64,000 nucleotides of DNA from Thermodesulfobacteriota bacterium (GTDB taxonomy: Bacteria > Desulfobacterota > Desulfobacteria > Desulfobacterales > C00003060), in the NCBI GenBank assembly GCA_034189385.1, contig JAXHVD010000011.1, positions 32,001 through 96,000 on the forward strand. Direction: 5' to 3'. Shown one piece after another: positions 19,439-29,780 of this stretch. How positions within the stretch are numbered: position 1 is the first letter of the stretch; each line of letters begins with the position of its first letter. Under the pieces are notes generated by a model. The model was given only the letters and a program-made list of their open reading frames with translations. It had not been told where the DNA came from and ran no database searches. A program made the position numbers and the translations under genes.

Positions 19439-20851
19439 ATGTCGGCAACATACGAAGAATTCTTGGCTGGGGTTGATGCTGCCATTGGGCGCTACGGGAT
19501 GCTGGCACCTGGCGACATGGTTGTCGTGGGGGTGTCAGGCGGACCGGACTCGGTGGCGCTTTTACACTGTCTTGTGGCCCTGAAAAAAAGGCGTCATCTG
19601 GACTTGGTAGTGGCCCACCTGAATCACCAACTCCGAGGAGCAACTGCAAGGCAGGAAGCTGTCTTTGTGGAAGGCCTGGCCTTGAGACTACGTGTGCCCT
19701 GCGAAATCAGCTCAAGGGACGTGGCGTCCTATGCAGGCAGGCACCGTTTGTCCATTCAAGAGGCAGCCAGAAAGGTCCGTTACGCCTTCTACAGGGAAGT
19801 GTCTCGCAAGTATGGCGCCACGAAGATTGCCCTGGGGCATCAAGCCAATGACAACGCCGAGTCCGTTCTCATTCACCTTCTTAGAGGAACAGGTCCCAGG
19901 GGCCTGGCAGGGATCCCTCCCGTGCGAGACGGATGCATCATAAGGCCCCTGATAGACATGCCCAGGGAACAGATACTCCAATTCTTGGACATAAGCGGAT
20001 TTGAATACGTTGAAGATCGCTCCAACCTCGATCCCAAGTATCTGCGAAACAGGATACGCCACAGATTGTTGCCTTCCCTGAGGGCTGACTACAACCCGAA
20101 GGCCATTTGGGCACTCAACCGCCTTGCCACCATTGCCCGTGAGGAGGAGGATTTCTGGAGCCGACAGGTTACCGGTGCCTTTCAAGAACTGGTGCTGGAA
20201 CAGACAGGGGGCCGGCTGGTCCTTTCTGCCCCCGGCCTTGCTCGTCTGCACCCCGCACTTTTGCGGCGTTTGGTGCGGCAGGCAGTGTTGTCCCTCAGAG
20301 GCAACCTGAGGAGACTGGGACACCAGCATGTGGAGGCGGTGGCCCACCTTGCCAAGAGGTCTTCTCCCTGCGGAAGGATCGATTTGCCTTGCGGTATGAT
20401 GGCAGTCCGTGATCGTGATGAACTAGTGTTTTTGTTGGGGACGCCAGAGAAAAGGCCTATATTCGAGTATCAGATATCGTCTGCCGGATATACCTTCGTG
20501 CCGGAAATCAGCACATGTCTCCACCTTTCTCTGTGCGAGGCAAAGGAAGTGGGGGACCCTGGAACATACCCTCCCACCACCGCCCTTATGGACCTGTCGG
20601 CGGTCTCTTTTCCGCTCACTGTTAGAAACCCCAAGAAAGGTGACAGATTCAGGCCGTTAGGCTTATCCGGGTCTCAGAAGGTCAAGGCATTCTTCATCAA
20701 TCTTAAGGTTCCCCGCTCAAAGAGGAGGCGGTGCCCTATCTTGCTGAGTGGCTCAAGGATTATATGGGTGGCAGGCTACCGCATTGATGACTCGGCCAAG
20801 GTGACAGCAGAAACCAGGCGGGTCTTGAAAGCCGAGCTTTTGGCGGGGTGA
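19439..20851 (+). CDS. tilS: tRNA(Ile)-lysidine synthase TilS
   Basis: SGGPDS PP-loop, HLNHQLR, RNRIRH, C-terminal TilS_C region. Confidence 0.96.
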   Translation: MSATYEEFLAGVDAAIGRYGMLAPGDMVVVGVSGGPDSVALLHCLVALKKRRHLDLVVAHLNHQLRGATARQEAVFVEGLALRLRVPCEISSRDVASYAGRHRLSIQEAARKVRYAFYREVSRKYGATKIALGHQANDNAESVLIHLLRGTGPRGLAGIPPVRDGCIIRPLIDMPREQILQFLDISGFEYVEDRSNLDPKYLRNRIRHRLLPSLRADYNPKAIWALNRLATIAREEEDFWSRQVTGAFQELVLEQTGGRLVLSAPGLARLHPALLRRLVRQAVLSLRGNLRRLGHQHVEAVAHLAKRSSPCGRIDLPCGMMAVRDRDELVFLLGTPEKRPIFEYQISSAGYTFVPEISTCLHLSLCEAKEVGDPGTYPPTTALMDLSAVSFPLTVRNPKKGDRFRPLGLSGSQKVKAFFINLKVPRSKRRRCPILLSGSRIIWVAGYRIDDSAKVTAETRRVLKAELLAG

Positions 20852-20860
20852 TCAAAAAGA

Positions 20861-20889
20861 TTGAAAAGTCCTGCCTGTTGTATTATAGT
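20861..20889 (+). promoter_or_regulatory. Sigma70-type promoter for ftsH
   Basis: TTGAAA-17 nt-TATAGT; RBS AAGGAGG before the TTG start. Confidence 0.6.
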
Positions 20890-20940
20890 TAAAAATTGGA
20901 GTGTTAAAACAATAACCGGTAGTCAAGGAGGTTTCCCCTT

Positions 20941-22827
20941 TTGAATCCTTTTTATAAGAACCTGGCCTTATGGATGGTCATCAGTCTTGTCATGATCCTA
21001 CTCTTCAATATGTTTAACCAATCCAGGGTTCAGGAAAGAGAAACCAGTTATACAGAATTCATGGCCCGAGTGGAAAATGGGGCCGTGGCCCGCGTTGTCA
21101 TCCGCGGACAAGAGATTTCTGGAACCGACGTGGGTGGCATGCGCTTTAAGACCTTTGCCCCTCAGGACGGAGACCTCATCAAGACCTTGAGAAACCATGG
21201 GGTGACCATCGAGGCCAAGCCTCCTTCGGAATCCCCGTGGTATATGACTGTGCTTGTCTCCTGGTTTCCCATGATCCTGCTCATTGCCGTGTGGATCTTT
21301 TTTATGCGTCAGATGCAGGGGGGAGGAGGCAAAGCATTGTCCTTCGGCAAAAGCAGGGCCAGGCTTCTTTCGGACCAGTCTGCCAAGGTTACTTTTGAAG
21401 ATGTTGCGGGCATTGACGAGGCCAAGGAGGAGTTAAGTGAGATTATCGACTTTCTGAAAGATCCCAAAAAATTCACCCGCCTAGGAGGTAGGATTCCAAA
21501 GGGTGTTCTTCTCATGGGTGCCCCGGGCACGGGCAAGACCCTTTTGGCGCGTGCCATTGCCGGCGAAGCGGGTGTTCCCTTTTTCAGCATAAGCGGTTCG
21601 GATTTCGTAGAGATGTTTGTAGGGGTAGGAGCCTCCCGGGTCCGGGACCTGTTTGTGCAAGGTAAAAAGCATGCCCCCTGTATCATTTTCATCGATGAAA
21701 TTGATGCCGTGGGCCGACACAGGGGGGCCGGCCTTGGGGGAGGACACGACGAAAGAGAACAGACATTGAATCAACTCTTGGTTGAGATGGACGGCTTTGA
21801 GTCGAATGAAGGGGTGATTCTCATATCGGCCACGAACCGACCGGACATCTTAGATCCTGCCCTTACACGCCCTGGACGTTTTGATCGCCAGGTCGTGGTA
21901 CCAGTGCCTGATGTCAAGGGGAGAGAAGGTATCCTTCAGGTCCATAGCCGTAAAACACCGGTGGCAGAGGATGTTGATTTAGCGGTCCTTGCACGTGGCA
22001 CACCAGGTTTTTCCGGTGCCGATCTTGAAAATATGGTCAACGAAGCAGCACTTCTGGCGGCGCGCTCAGACAAGGATCTTTTGGAAATGGCTGATTTTGA
22101 GGAGGCCAAGGACAAAGTCCTCATGGGAACAGCTCGCAAGAGCATGATCATCAGTGAAGAAGAGAAGAGAAACACTGCATACCATGAGGGGGGCCATACC
22201 TTGGTTGCCAAGATGATACCAGGAACGGACCCGATTCACAAGGTCACCATTATACCCAGGGGGCGCGCCATGGGGCTCACCCAACAACTTCCCATGGATG
22301 AGAAGCATACCTATCCAAAGAAGTACCTTATTAACAACCTTGCTGTACTCATGGGGGGGCGAGCAGCTGAAGAACTGGTCTTAGACGAGTTGACGACCGG
22401 TGCGGGCAATGACATTGACCGGGCCACGGAGACGGCCCGCAAGATGGTCTGCGAATGGGGCATGAGTGAAGAACTGGGGCCCCTGAGTTTTGGCCAGAAA
22501 GAGGAGCAGATCTTCCTGGGCAGGGAGTTTGCTCAACACCGGGACTACAGTGAGAAGACAGCGGTGCTTATCGATAAGGAGATTAGAAACTTGGTTTCCG
22601 GAGCCCACCAAAGGGCGAAAACGATCCTGGAAGAAAACATGGATACCCTCCACGCCTTGGCACAGGCCCTGCTTGAGAGGGAAACCCTCACGGAAAAGGA
22701 CATCGATGCCATCATAGCAGGACATGTCCACGGGGCCCCTGACGCCACAGAAGAACAAGCCGAACCCAAAGCACAGGGTGGAGGCGAGGAACAGGCAACG
22801 CCACAACTCCGACCACTTCCCAGCTAG
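20941..22827 (+). CDS. ftsH: ATP-dependent zinc metalloprotease FtsH
   Basis: Two TM segments, [28 protein letters not shown]. Confidence 0.99.
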   Translation: MNPFYKNLALWMVISLVMILLFNMFNQSRVQERETSYTEFMARVENGAVARVVIRGQEISGTDVGGMRFKTFAPQDGDLIKTLRNHGVTIEAKPPSESPWYMTVLVSWFPMILLIAVWIFFMRQMQGGGGKALSFGKSRARLLSDQSAKVTFEDVAGIDEAKEELSEIIDFLKDPKKFTRLGGRIPKGVLLMGAPGTGKTLLARAIAGEAGVPFFSISGSDFVEMFVGVGASRVRDLFVQGKKHAPCIIFIDEIDAVGRHRGAGLGGGHDEREQTLNQLLVEMDGFESNEGVILISATNRPDILDPALTRPGRFDRQVVVPVPDVKGREGILQVHSRKTPVAEDVDLAVLARGTPGFSGADLENMVNEAALLAARSDKDLLEMADFEEAKDKVLMGTARKSMIISEEEKRNTAYHEGGHTLVAKMIPGTDPIHKVTIIPRGRAMGLTQQLPMDEKHTYPKKYLINNLAVLMGGRAAEELVLDELTTGAGNDIDRATETARKMVCEWGMSEELGPLSFGQKEEQIFLGREFAQHRDYSEKTAVLIDKEIRNLVSGAHQRAKTILEENMDTLHALAQALLERETLTEKDIDAIIAGHVHGAPDATEEQAEPKAQGGGEEQATPQLRPLPS

Positions 22828-22832
22828 ACTTC

Positions 22833-23711
22833 ATGGACAATGCTTCCGTTATGAATCTTCAATGTGGCCCTTTCAGGCTCACCGTGGGCAAGGACACGCT
22901 TGTGATGGGCATCGTGAACGTGACGCCCGATTCATTCTCAGATGGTGGGCTCTTTTTTGACAAGGAGGCTGCCATAGCCCACGGAGCCGCTCTGGCAGCC
23001 GAGGGAGCCGACATCATCGACGTGGGAGGAGAATCGACACGGCCCTTTTCAGAATCGGTGCCCGCAGCAGAGGAGATCCGACGGGTCGTTCCTGTGATTG
23101 AGGAGCTTGCTGGCCTCCTTTCCATTCCCCTGTCCATTGACACGAACAAGGCCGAAGTGGCAAGACATGCCATTGACGCCGGCGCCTCTATGGTAAACGA
23201 TGTGGGCGCCCTCAGGCTAGATCCGGACATGGCAGGTGTCGTTGCTGAGGCAGGTGTGCCTGTTGTCCTCATGCACATGAAGGGAAGCCCCAAGGCCATG
23301 CAGGTCGATCCCCATTATGAGGACGTGGTAGAGGAAGTGAGGTCTTATTTGGCCCGTGCCATTGAAAGGGCTGAGTCGGAAGGTATTGACCGCGGAAAGA
23401 TCATCGTGGATCCCGGTATCGGCTTTGGAAAAACAGTGACACATAATCTCCTTCTCATCAAAGATCTTTTAGCCTTTCGCACCCTGGGCACTCCGATTCT
23501 CATAGGGCCCTCACGGAAATCCTTTATCACCAAGATACTGGGCCCGGGTAATGAGCGCCGTGAGGTTGGAACACAGGCTGCGGTGGCTGCTGCCGTGCTA
23601 AAGGGGGCTGACATCGTCAGGGTTCACGATGTGGCGCATACAAAGCAGACCCTCAGACTGGTAGATGCTATCAAAGACCCGGCAACGAGCCCTGTAAGCA
23701 ACTGCCTCTAA
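22833..23711 (+). CDS. folP: Dihydropteroate synthase
   Basis: NVTPDSFSDGG, GGESTRP, DPGIGFGK, SRKS, VRVHDV. Confidence 0.97.
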   Translation: MDNASVMNLQCGPFRLTVGKDTLVMGIVNVTPDSFSDGGLFFDKEAAIAHGAALAAEGADIIDVGGESTRPFSESVPAAEEIRRVVPVIEELAGLLSIPLSIDTNKAEVARHAIDAGASMVNDVGALRLDPDMAGVVAEAGVPVVLMHMKGSPKAMQVDPHYEDVVEEVRSYLARAIERAESEGIDRGKIIVDPGIGFGKTVTHNLLLIKDLLAFRTLGTPILIGPSRKSFITKILGPGNERREVGTQAAVAAAVLKGADIVRVHDVAHTKQTLRLVDAIKDPATSPVSNCL

Positions 23712-23716
23712 GTAGG

Positions 23717-24502
23717 ATGAAGACCGCCATGCTTCTGGTCATGGATGTAGGAAATACGAACAGCGTTATTGGAGTGTACGACGGAAAAGAGCTCGTTCAT
23801 CATTGGCGGGTGCGAACCGAAAAAGATGTAACCGAAGACGAGTTCCATGTATTGATCAACGGTCTCTTTTCATCTGAGGCCACCAGGCTCCATTTAGTCA
23901 CCGAAACCATCATTTCATGTGTGGTGCCACCCATGATCAGCATTCTGGAAAGTTTTTGTGCCAGATATCTTCATCACCAACCCCTCTGGGTAGATGCGTC
24001 AACATTCAAGGAGATGCCTATACTCTACGATAACCCAAAGGAAGTGGGGGCAGATCGCCTTGTCAATGCTGTGGCTGCCTTCTACAAATACCGCACGAGC
24101 CTCGTTGTGGTCGATTTCGGCACAGCCACTACGTTCGACTGCGTCTCCGCTGATGGGGCCTATCTTGGTGGCGCTATTAGCCCTGGCATTCTGGTCTCCT
24201 CGGAAGCCCTCTTCCAGAAGGCCTCCAAGCTGCCCAGGGTGGAGATATTCGGGCGGCCCACATGTGTCATTGCCAAGGACACCGTGAGCAGCATGAATGC
24301 AGGTATCATATTCGGTTATGCAGGGCTAGTGGATGGCATGGTGGGCCGGATCAAAAAGGAGATGAAACCCGAGCCCAAGGTCATTGCAACAGGTGGCTTG
24401 GCCGGGCTCATATCACAGGTATCAGATACCATTGAAGTCGTTGATCCCCATCTCGCTTTAGAAGGTCTTAGGATTGTTTACGACAACATGCAACAAAGAT
24501 AG
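23717..24502 (+). CDS. coaX: Type III pantothenate kinase
   Basis: DVGNTN, VGADR, DFGTATT, ATGG. Confidence 0.96.
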   Translation: MKTAMLLVMDVGNTNSVIGVYDGKELVHHWRVRTEKDVTEDEFHVLINGLFSSEATRLHLVTETIISCVVPPMISILESFCARYLHHQPLWVDASTFKEMPILYDNPKEVGADRLVNAVAAFYKYRTSLVVVDFGTATTFDCVSADGAYLGGAISPGILVSSEALFQKASKLPRVEIFGRPTCVIAKDTVSSMNAGIIFGYAGLVDGMVGRIKKEMKPEPKVIATGGLAGLISQVSDTIEVVDPHLALEGLRIVYDNMQQR

Positions 24503-24514
24503 CCCTTCGGGGCT
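24501..24514. terminator. Compact C(UUCG)G hairpin between convergent coaX and zinc-ribbon genes
   Basis: AGCCC-TTCG-GGGCT fills the gap between the two convergent stop codons; no U-tract. Confidence 0.45.
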
Positions 24515-24515
24515 C

Positions 24516-25172
24516 CTATCTCCCAGCTTTTAATAGCTCCTTAAAGACTTGGTAGAACTCCTCATGCTGTGCCAAAGCGATTTGCAGAAGACTCTCCATG
24601 TCACCTATGCCTTGAACGTTCAACACAAGGTTTACACTCTTGTTGAAGGCCGTCATGTTGTCCATGGTTTTTAGGGCAGTTCCCACGAGGACGACAAACG
24701 TATTTCGCCGCACGTCCATAGGGAGCTGCGACAGATATTGAAGGACATAGTTTGACTCCGCACTGGCGGCCTCAAAGGTTTCATTTAGAACAACCAAGTC
24801 ATACGTGTGAAAGCGCATGTATTTCAGAGCAAGGCGAGCAGAAGGGGCTTCCACCACGTGATAATCCATACGTTCCAGGGTCTGACGGATCTCTTTTTTG
24901 ATCTTTTCGTCGTGCTCACACAGCAACGCCGCCTTCATCCCTGGCGGTATATAATCAAAGGGTTTTTCCGAGGCATCATAGGCGCCAGAGTCCACCTCAT
25001 CAACCACGCTTTTTAGGTTTGCGGACCCGGCCGATGCCCCCTTCTCAGCTCGCCCATCGATTTCTATCTTCCCCCCACATTTCGGACAGTTCATTGAAAA
25101 CTTGCGGCCGTGGGGAACTCTATCATCGGAAATCCTGAATCTACTTTGACACTTCTGGCAAGTTATTTCCAT
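24516..25172 (-). CDS. MJ0042-type zinc-ribbon protein with degenerate receiver-like C-terminal domain
   Basis: ITCQKC...CPKC; ALLCEHD...YDLVVLNE receiver-like pattern without the phospho-Asp. Confidence 0.75.
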   Translation of the reverse strand: MEITCQKCQSRFRISDDRVPHGRKFSMNCPKCGGKIEIDGRAEKGASAGSANLKSVVDEVDSGAYDASEKPFDYIPPGMKAALLCEHDEKIKKEIRQTLERMDYHVVEAPSARLALKYMRFHTYDLVVLNETFEAASAESNYVLQYLSQLPMDVRRNTFVVLVGTALKTMDNMTAFNKSVNLVLNVQGIGDMESLLQIALAQHEEFYQVFKELLKAGR

Positions 25173-25190
25173 GGGTCCCTATCTATCGGC

Positions 25191-26363
25191 TCACCTGCTC
25201 CTGTGCCGACCGTAGTGTAAATCAACTTCAAGGTCTTCAATATCTGTGGTCTTCTCTCCCCGGGCACTCTTTAAAGCATCAATTCCCCTAGCCACCACAG
25301 TCCTGCGGGATGAATATGCCAAGGCGGTTTCCTCCCTAATAAGACCGTCCTCATAGAGTTCGATGATATTCTTGTCAAAGGTGACCATGCCAAAGGCCTC
25401 ACCGGCCTCTATGATCTCGTAAAAGGTCTTCCCCTCTGACTCGCCATGTAAGATCGTGTCCTTTACCCTGAGACTTGTCCCCATGATTTCAAAGGCAGCT
25501 ATCCGACCACCTCCTACGCGGGGGATCAACCTTTGGGAGACGACCCAGCGGATACTGTCTGCCAAACGGATCCGGATTTGACGCTCCTCTTCCGTTCCGA
25601 ACATGCCGATAATGCGATGGACCGTTTGACCTGCATCCACTGTGTGCAGCGTCGTTAGCACAAGATGACCGGTCTCTGCTGCAGTCAGGCCGATCTCCAC
25701 GCTTTCCCTGTCGCGCATCTCACCCACCAGGATTACTTTTGGGGCTTGCCGCAGAGAAGCCCGGAGCCCCCTGGCAAAGCTGTCGAAGTTTGTGCCCAAT
25801 TCCCGTTGGTTGAACGTGGCCTTCTTGTGGGGATGCTCATATTCTATAGGGTCTTCCAAGGTTACGACATGAACCGCCCTTTTCTCATTCACTTCATCCA
25901 ATATGGCTGCCAGGGAAGTAGACTTACCCGTGCCTGTAGCCCCAGTAAAGATAATAAGACCGTTTTTTTCTTCAGCCAACTTTTGGAAAATGTCCGGAAG
26001 GTCCAGATCTTTGCATGTGGGAATCTTCGTCTCCAGTTTTCTCAATACGACGGAATAATGATTCTTTTGAGAAAATATGTTCACCCTGAAGCGAGCCTTG
26101 CCGGGAAGTTGATAGGACATGTCGCATGATCCTTCCCGCAAAAGGATCTCCGTGAGACGACGATCTCCCTTTAACAGATTCAGTGCAAAGATCTCTGCCT
26201 GAAAGGGCGTCAGCGCGTTAAAAGGCGGAACCAACTCTACTGGGTGCAAGACCCCGTCGCTTTCGACTTGAAATGGCTTCCCTACTGTAATGTTTAGATC
26301 CGACACATTGCTGTGGGAGTCAAGCATCTTGGTCATGATGTGCTCTGTTTCTTGGGCTCTCAT
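25191..26363 (-). CDS. pilU: PilT/PilU-family type IV pilus ATPase
   Basis: GATGTGKS, TLEDPIE, LRQAPKVILVGEMRD, TGHLVLTTLH. Confidence 0.85.
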   Translation of the reverse strand: MRAQETEHIMTKMLDSHSNVSDLNITVGKPFQVESDGVLHPVELVPPFNALTPFQAEIFALNLLKGDRRLTEILLREGSCDMSYQLPGKARFRVNIFSQKNHYSVVLRKLETKIPTCKDLDLPDIFQKLAEEKNGLIIFTGATGTGKSTSLAAILDEVNEKRAVHVVTLEDPIEYEHPHKKATFNQRELGTNFDSFARGLRASLRQAPKVILVGEMRDRESVEIGLTAAETGHLVLTTLHTVDAGQTVHRIIGMFGTEEERQIRIRLADSIRWVVSQRLIPRVGGGRIAAFEIMGTSLRVKDTILHGESEGKTFYEIIEAGEAFGMVTFDKNIIELYEDGLIREETALAYSSRRTVVARGIDALKSARGEKTTDIEDLEVDLHYGRHRSR

Positions 26364-26406
26364 GGCATGCCTCCCTTTTCAAGAACAGAGAATCAAGGCC
26401 GTCGCA

Positions 26407-27489
26407 TTAGGCCTCGGTAAAATCCGTTGGCGGGGCCTTCAGAAAGGGACGAAAGTTCTTTTTGTCATCGCACTTGGCATAGGCCTCGTCTGCGCTGATC
26501 CATCCCTTCTTAAAAAGATCCATGATGGCATCATCCAGAAGCTGCATCCCGTATTTTTTCCCAGTCTGAATGATGGAAGCAATTTGATGTGTCTTGTTTT
26601 CTCGAATCAGGTTACGGACGGCTGGCGTGGCAATCATGATTTCCGGGGCCACGCACCGAGCCTTCTTATCCACCCGCCTAAAAAGCACCTGGGCCACCAC
26701 GGCACGCAAGCCGTCTGCCAGGTTTGACCGAACGTGTGCTTGTTGCTCTGCAGGAAAGACCTCGACCACACGGTCTATGGTGGCTATGGCACTTGTCGTG
26801 TGCACGGTAGCAAAGACCAGGTGTCCTGTGTTGGATGCCTCTATGGCCAAGGAAATCGTGTCTAGGTCCCTCATCTCCCCAACAAGGATGATGTCCGGAT
26901 CTTCACGAAGGGCCCCTCGAAGGGCTGCTGCAAAAGACTTGGTATGAATACCTACTTCTCGCTGATTGACGATACAGCCTTGACTCTCAAAAACGAATTC
27001 AATGGGGTCTTCAATGGTAATGATATGGTCTTTTCGACTTTGGTTGGCCTGATCAATGACCGCTGCTAAGGTGGTAGACTTCCCGCATCCCGTGGGGCCC
27101 GTTACGAGCACCAACCCGCGAGGAAGGGAGGCAAGTTTCGATACTACGGGCGGCAACCCCAGCTGGCGTACTGTCTTAATCTTGTCCGGGATCTCTCGAA
27201 AGACCGCGCCGATCCCATTTTTTTGCATGAAAAAATTCGCTCGGTAGCGGGCAACGCCAGGGATTTCGTATCCAAAATCCAAGTCACCGCACTCCTCAAA
27301 GCTCTTGATCTTGTCCTCAGGGGTAATTTCATAAAGCATAGCTCTAAGCTGGTCGTTGGTGAGTGGAGGATACTTGATCCGCTCAATGTCGCCCACAAGG
27401 CGGATCATGGGTGCTTGACCTGCTGCCAAGTGCAGATCAGAGGCCCCTTGTTCGTGCATCAACTTGAAAAACCCGTCTATCTTTGCCAT
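26407..27489 (-). CDS. pilT: Type IV pilus retraction ATPase PilT
   Basis: GPTGCGKS, TIEDPIE, LREDPD, AVRNLIRE. Confidence 0.93.
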   Translation of the reverse strand: MAKIDGFFKLMHEQGASDLHLAAGQAPMIRLVGDIERIKYPPLTNDQLRAMLYEITPEDKIKSFEECGDLDFGYEIPGVARYRANFFMQKNGIGAVFREIPDKIKTVRQLGLPPVVSKLASLPRGLVLVTGPTGCGKSTTLAAVIDQANQSRKDHIITIEDPIEFVFESQGCIVNQREVGIHTKSFAAALRGALREDPDIILVGEMRDLDTISLAIEASNTGHLVFATVHTTSAIATIDRVVEVFPAEQQAHVRSNLADGLRAVVAQVLFRRVDKKARCVAPEIMIATPAVRNLIRENKTHQIASIIQTGKKYGMQLLDDAIMDLFKKGWISADEAYAKCDDKKNFRPFLKAPPTDFTEA

Positions 27490-27536
27490 GGGATTCTTCT
27501 TCTAGGAGTTCACAAGGTGATTGTCTCTACGAGCGC

Positions 27537-27836
27537 CTACAGTAGTCTTCGCGCCAATTCCGATAAGCTATTTACCAAAAAGAGGCGCAAGAAAATAATA
27601 GCCAATAAGACAAACATAGGGGTAAAGTCAATGCCGCCAAACCCCACAGGCAATCGCTTTCGCACAGGGTACAATACAGGCTCTGTTACGTTATTGACAA
27701 AACGGACAATAGGGTTGTACGGATCAGGGCTCACCCAAGAAAGGACAGCACGGGCGACGATAATCCACATATATAAGAGTAGGGCATAGTCCAGAACCGT
27801 AGCCAATGCGTAGAGAAAGTTGCCAATGATAAACAT
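27537..27836 (-). CDS. yggT: YggT family membrane protein
   Basis: LSWVSPDPYNPIV...TEPVL...GGIDFTP. Confidence 0.93.
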   Translation of the reverse strand: MFIIGNFLYALATVLDYALLLYMWIIVARAVLSWVSPDPYNPIVRFVNNVTEPVLYPVRKRLPVGFGGIDFTPMFVLLAIIFLRLFLVNSLSELARRLL

Positions 27837-28213
27837 GGTACTCCCTAAAAAGACGTGTCATTTCAGCCCGATGAAAGAAACGGGCGTGAACAGGCAGGAA
27901 CGGTGTCACCCCCCAACTGTCAACCCGTTGAACCTTCGTGGTTTCCAGAGGGGGACTCTGCAACGTACATGATTTGCAATAATTATTGACAATGGTCAGT
28001 CAAAAGTCAAGAAGTTTTGTGACGCGGCTTTGTTTCACTGAAAAAATGGGTCCCAAGGGCCAACTTATTGCCAACACAAGGATATAGGCACCGCTCCTTG
28101 AAAGGGGGGAGCAAAACTACACAAAGAGGAGACCCTTTCATGATTTTCCATTTGATCAGGCTCTTAACCAATGCCCATCCACGCAGGCCATGCAATGTAG
28201 AGCCTCAGTAAGT

Positions 28214-29140
28214 CTATTCTGTTATCTCTTGTTCCCGAATCCCGCGAGGGGTTGGGATCTCAGCACTAGCTTTGGTCCCTGTACCAGAGGCTCCTTCTGA
28301 ATCAGGCGACACCGCCTCGTGTCCCTCCACGCCAAGGTGAATGACATCGATCCTTTTCCCTAACCACAAAAGCTCGTCGCCTATGGACTTTATCTTCTCT
28401 TCAAGGAGAAGCATTTCTTCCTCATAACTTGCCCGCTCCTCCCCCAAGGAGTGATCGAGGGTTTCGTTGTCCACTTTGTTTTCTAGGAGGTGCCTAATGG
28501 CGGTTTCCTGTATTTGGGCCTCCTCTTGCATGGCCTCAATGCGTTCCATAAGGTGACCCATTTCTTTTGTCTGCCCCATGAGGTCGTTTTGCAACGCCGT
28601 CAGTATATTGCCATCTTCATTGAGCCTCCCTCCCAACTCCTTTTCCAGCTTATCGAGAGAATCCTTGTGTCCGGCCATATTTCCCTCCAGCAGTGAAAGG
28701 GCCTTTCCCACCGTTTCAGATGCTGTGGTGAGGGTCTCGATGTCTTGCTCATTCTTCTTCAGACCATCCCTGATCAAAGTGAATGATTCTTCAGTGGCTA
28801 CTAATGCCTTGGTGACGGACGAGTCTAGCGTTTCGTATTGGTAGGACAAGGACTCTATCTTATCAACAATATCTTCAGATAGACTCTCCACTTTCTTTGA
28901 CCCCGTGGTCTGGATCTGACTTACCCTATACCTTAGATCCAGATACCCAATGAGCAGGAGTGCACAAAGTACACACGGTACCAATATGGACAGCATCGTC
29001 ATTCGATGTCTCAGCCTTTCCAACTGCGCATCCCTTGTTCGATCGTCAAAAAGGGAATCAGGATAGTCCCCATCAATATCGATGTCTCTCTCTGGAGCAA
29101 TTCTCTCTTCTGAGTCTTCTCCGGTCGGCAAGTCTTTCAC
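28214..29140 (-). CDS. Single-pass membrane protein with long coiled coil (hypothetical)
   Basis: Acidic N-terminus, one TM (LSILVPCVLCALLLIGYL), heptad-rich remainder; GTG start with AAGGAG/GAGG RBS. Confidence 0.75.
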   Translation of the reverse strand: MKDLPTGEDSEERIAPERDIDIDGDYPDSLFDDRTRDAQLERLRHRMTMLSILVPCVLCALLLIGYLDLRYRVSQIQTTGSKKVESLSEDIVDKIESLSYQYETLDSSVTKALVATEESFTLIRDGLKKNEQDIETLTTASETVGKALSLLEGNMAGHKDSLDKLEKELGGRLNEDGNILTALQNDLMGQTKEMGHLMERIEAMQEEAQIQETAIRHLLENKVDNETLDHSLGEERASYEEEMLLLEEKIKSIGDELLWLGKRIDVIHLGVEGHEAVSPDSEGASGTGTKASAEIPTPRGIREQEITE

Positions 29141-29780
29141 ACCTCTTGCTCCTTACATAAGCCAAGCATTACACAAGCAGAAAACACTCCAGGTCCAAGA
29201 CGTCCCCTTCGACAGGCTCATGGTGGGGCTGTCCACTTGAAGCAGACGCCGAATCTCCTGCAATCTGCCTTGGTGACCTGTCATCGACCTTGCCCAAGGG
29301 CAAACAAAAATCCAAAAATAACAGTCAACCCAAGTATCGCAAGAAAGATTTCCTCCGATGGCGCCAGAGCTGGTTCAATAGGCCAGCAGTATTGCTCATT
29401 TATATATCAGGGGCAGTGTTTATGCAACCCTAATTGAAGAAAGGAGCGCACCCCAGATCCAAGGCTTCCCCCCTTACAGCCTTAGGGCGAGGCTGTCCCG
29501 ATTTAACGCGATGCCCAAGTCTTGACATGCCCCAGGGAGGGCATCATCGGCCCTCCAAAAAGATAAGCAAAACGAAAAGAAAGAAGAAACCCATTTTCCA
29601 CCCATAGAAGAGATATAAGAACGCAACCCTCATGAAGCGCGGTCTTTCTCCCCACTGTTGTCCAGGGCCTCTTCGTTTTGTTTACGCTCAATCAGGGTGC
29701 AGCACTAACATGATTTGATCTTAGAAAGTAAATCCACCGGACCCGTTCTTGTTTCGTGCTTCCATGCCTTTGGGGCGATC

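Noticed and set aside
29205..29220. CCCTTCGACAGGCTCA, resembling a REP half-site
   Set aside because: Single half only, with no inverted partner and no adjacent nuclease or transposase gene.
29281..29399. Possible frameshifted small membrane protein (MSNTAGLLNQLWRHRRK / IFLAILGLTVIFGFLFALGQGR)
   Set aside because: It needs an unsupported frameshift, has no RBS, and its ATG abuts a predicted -10 box (TTGCAT-17-TATAAA).
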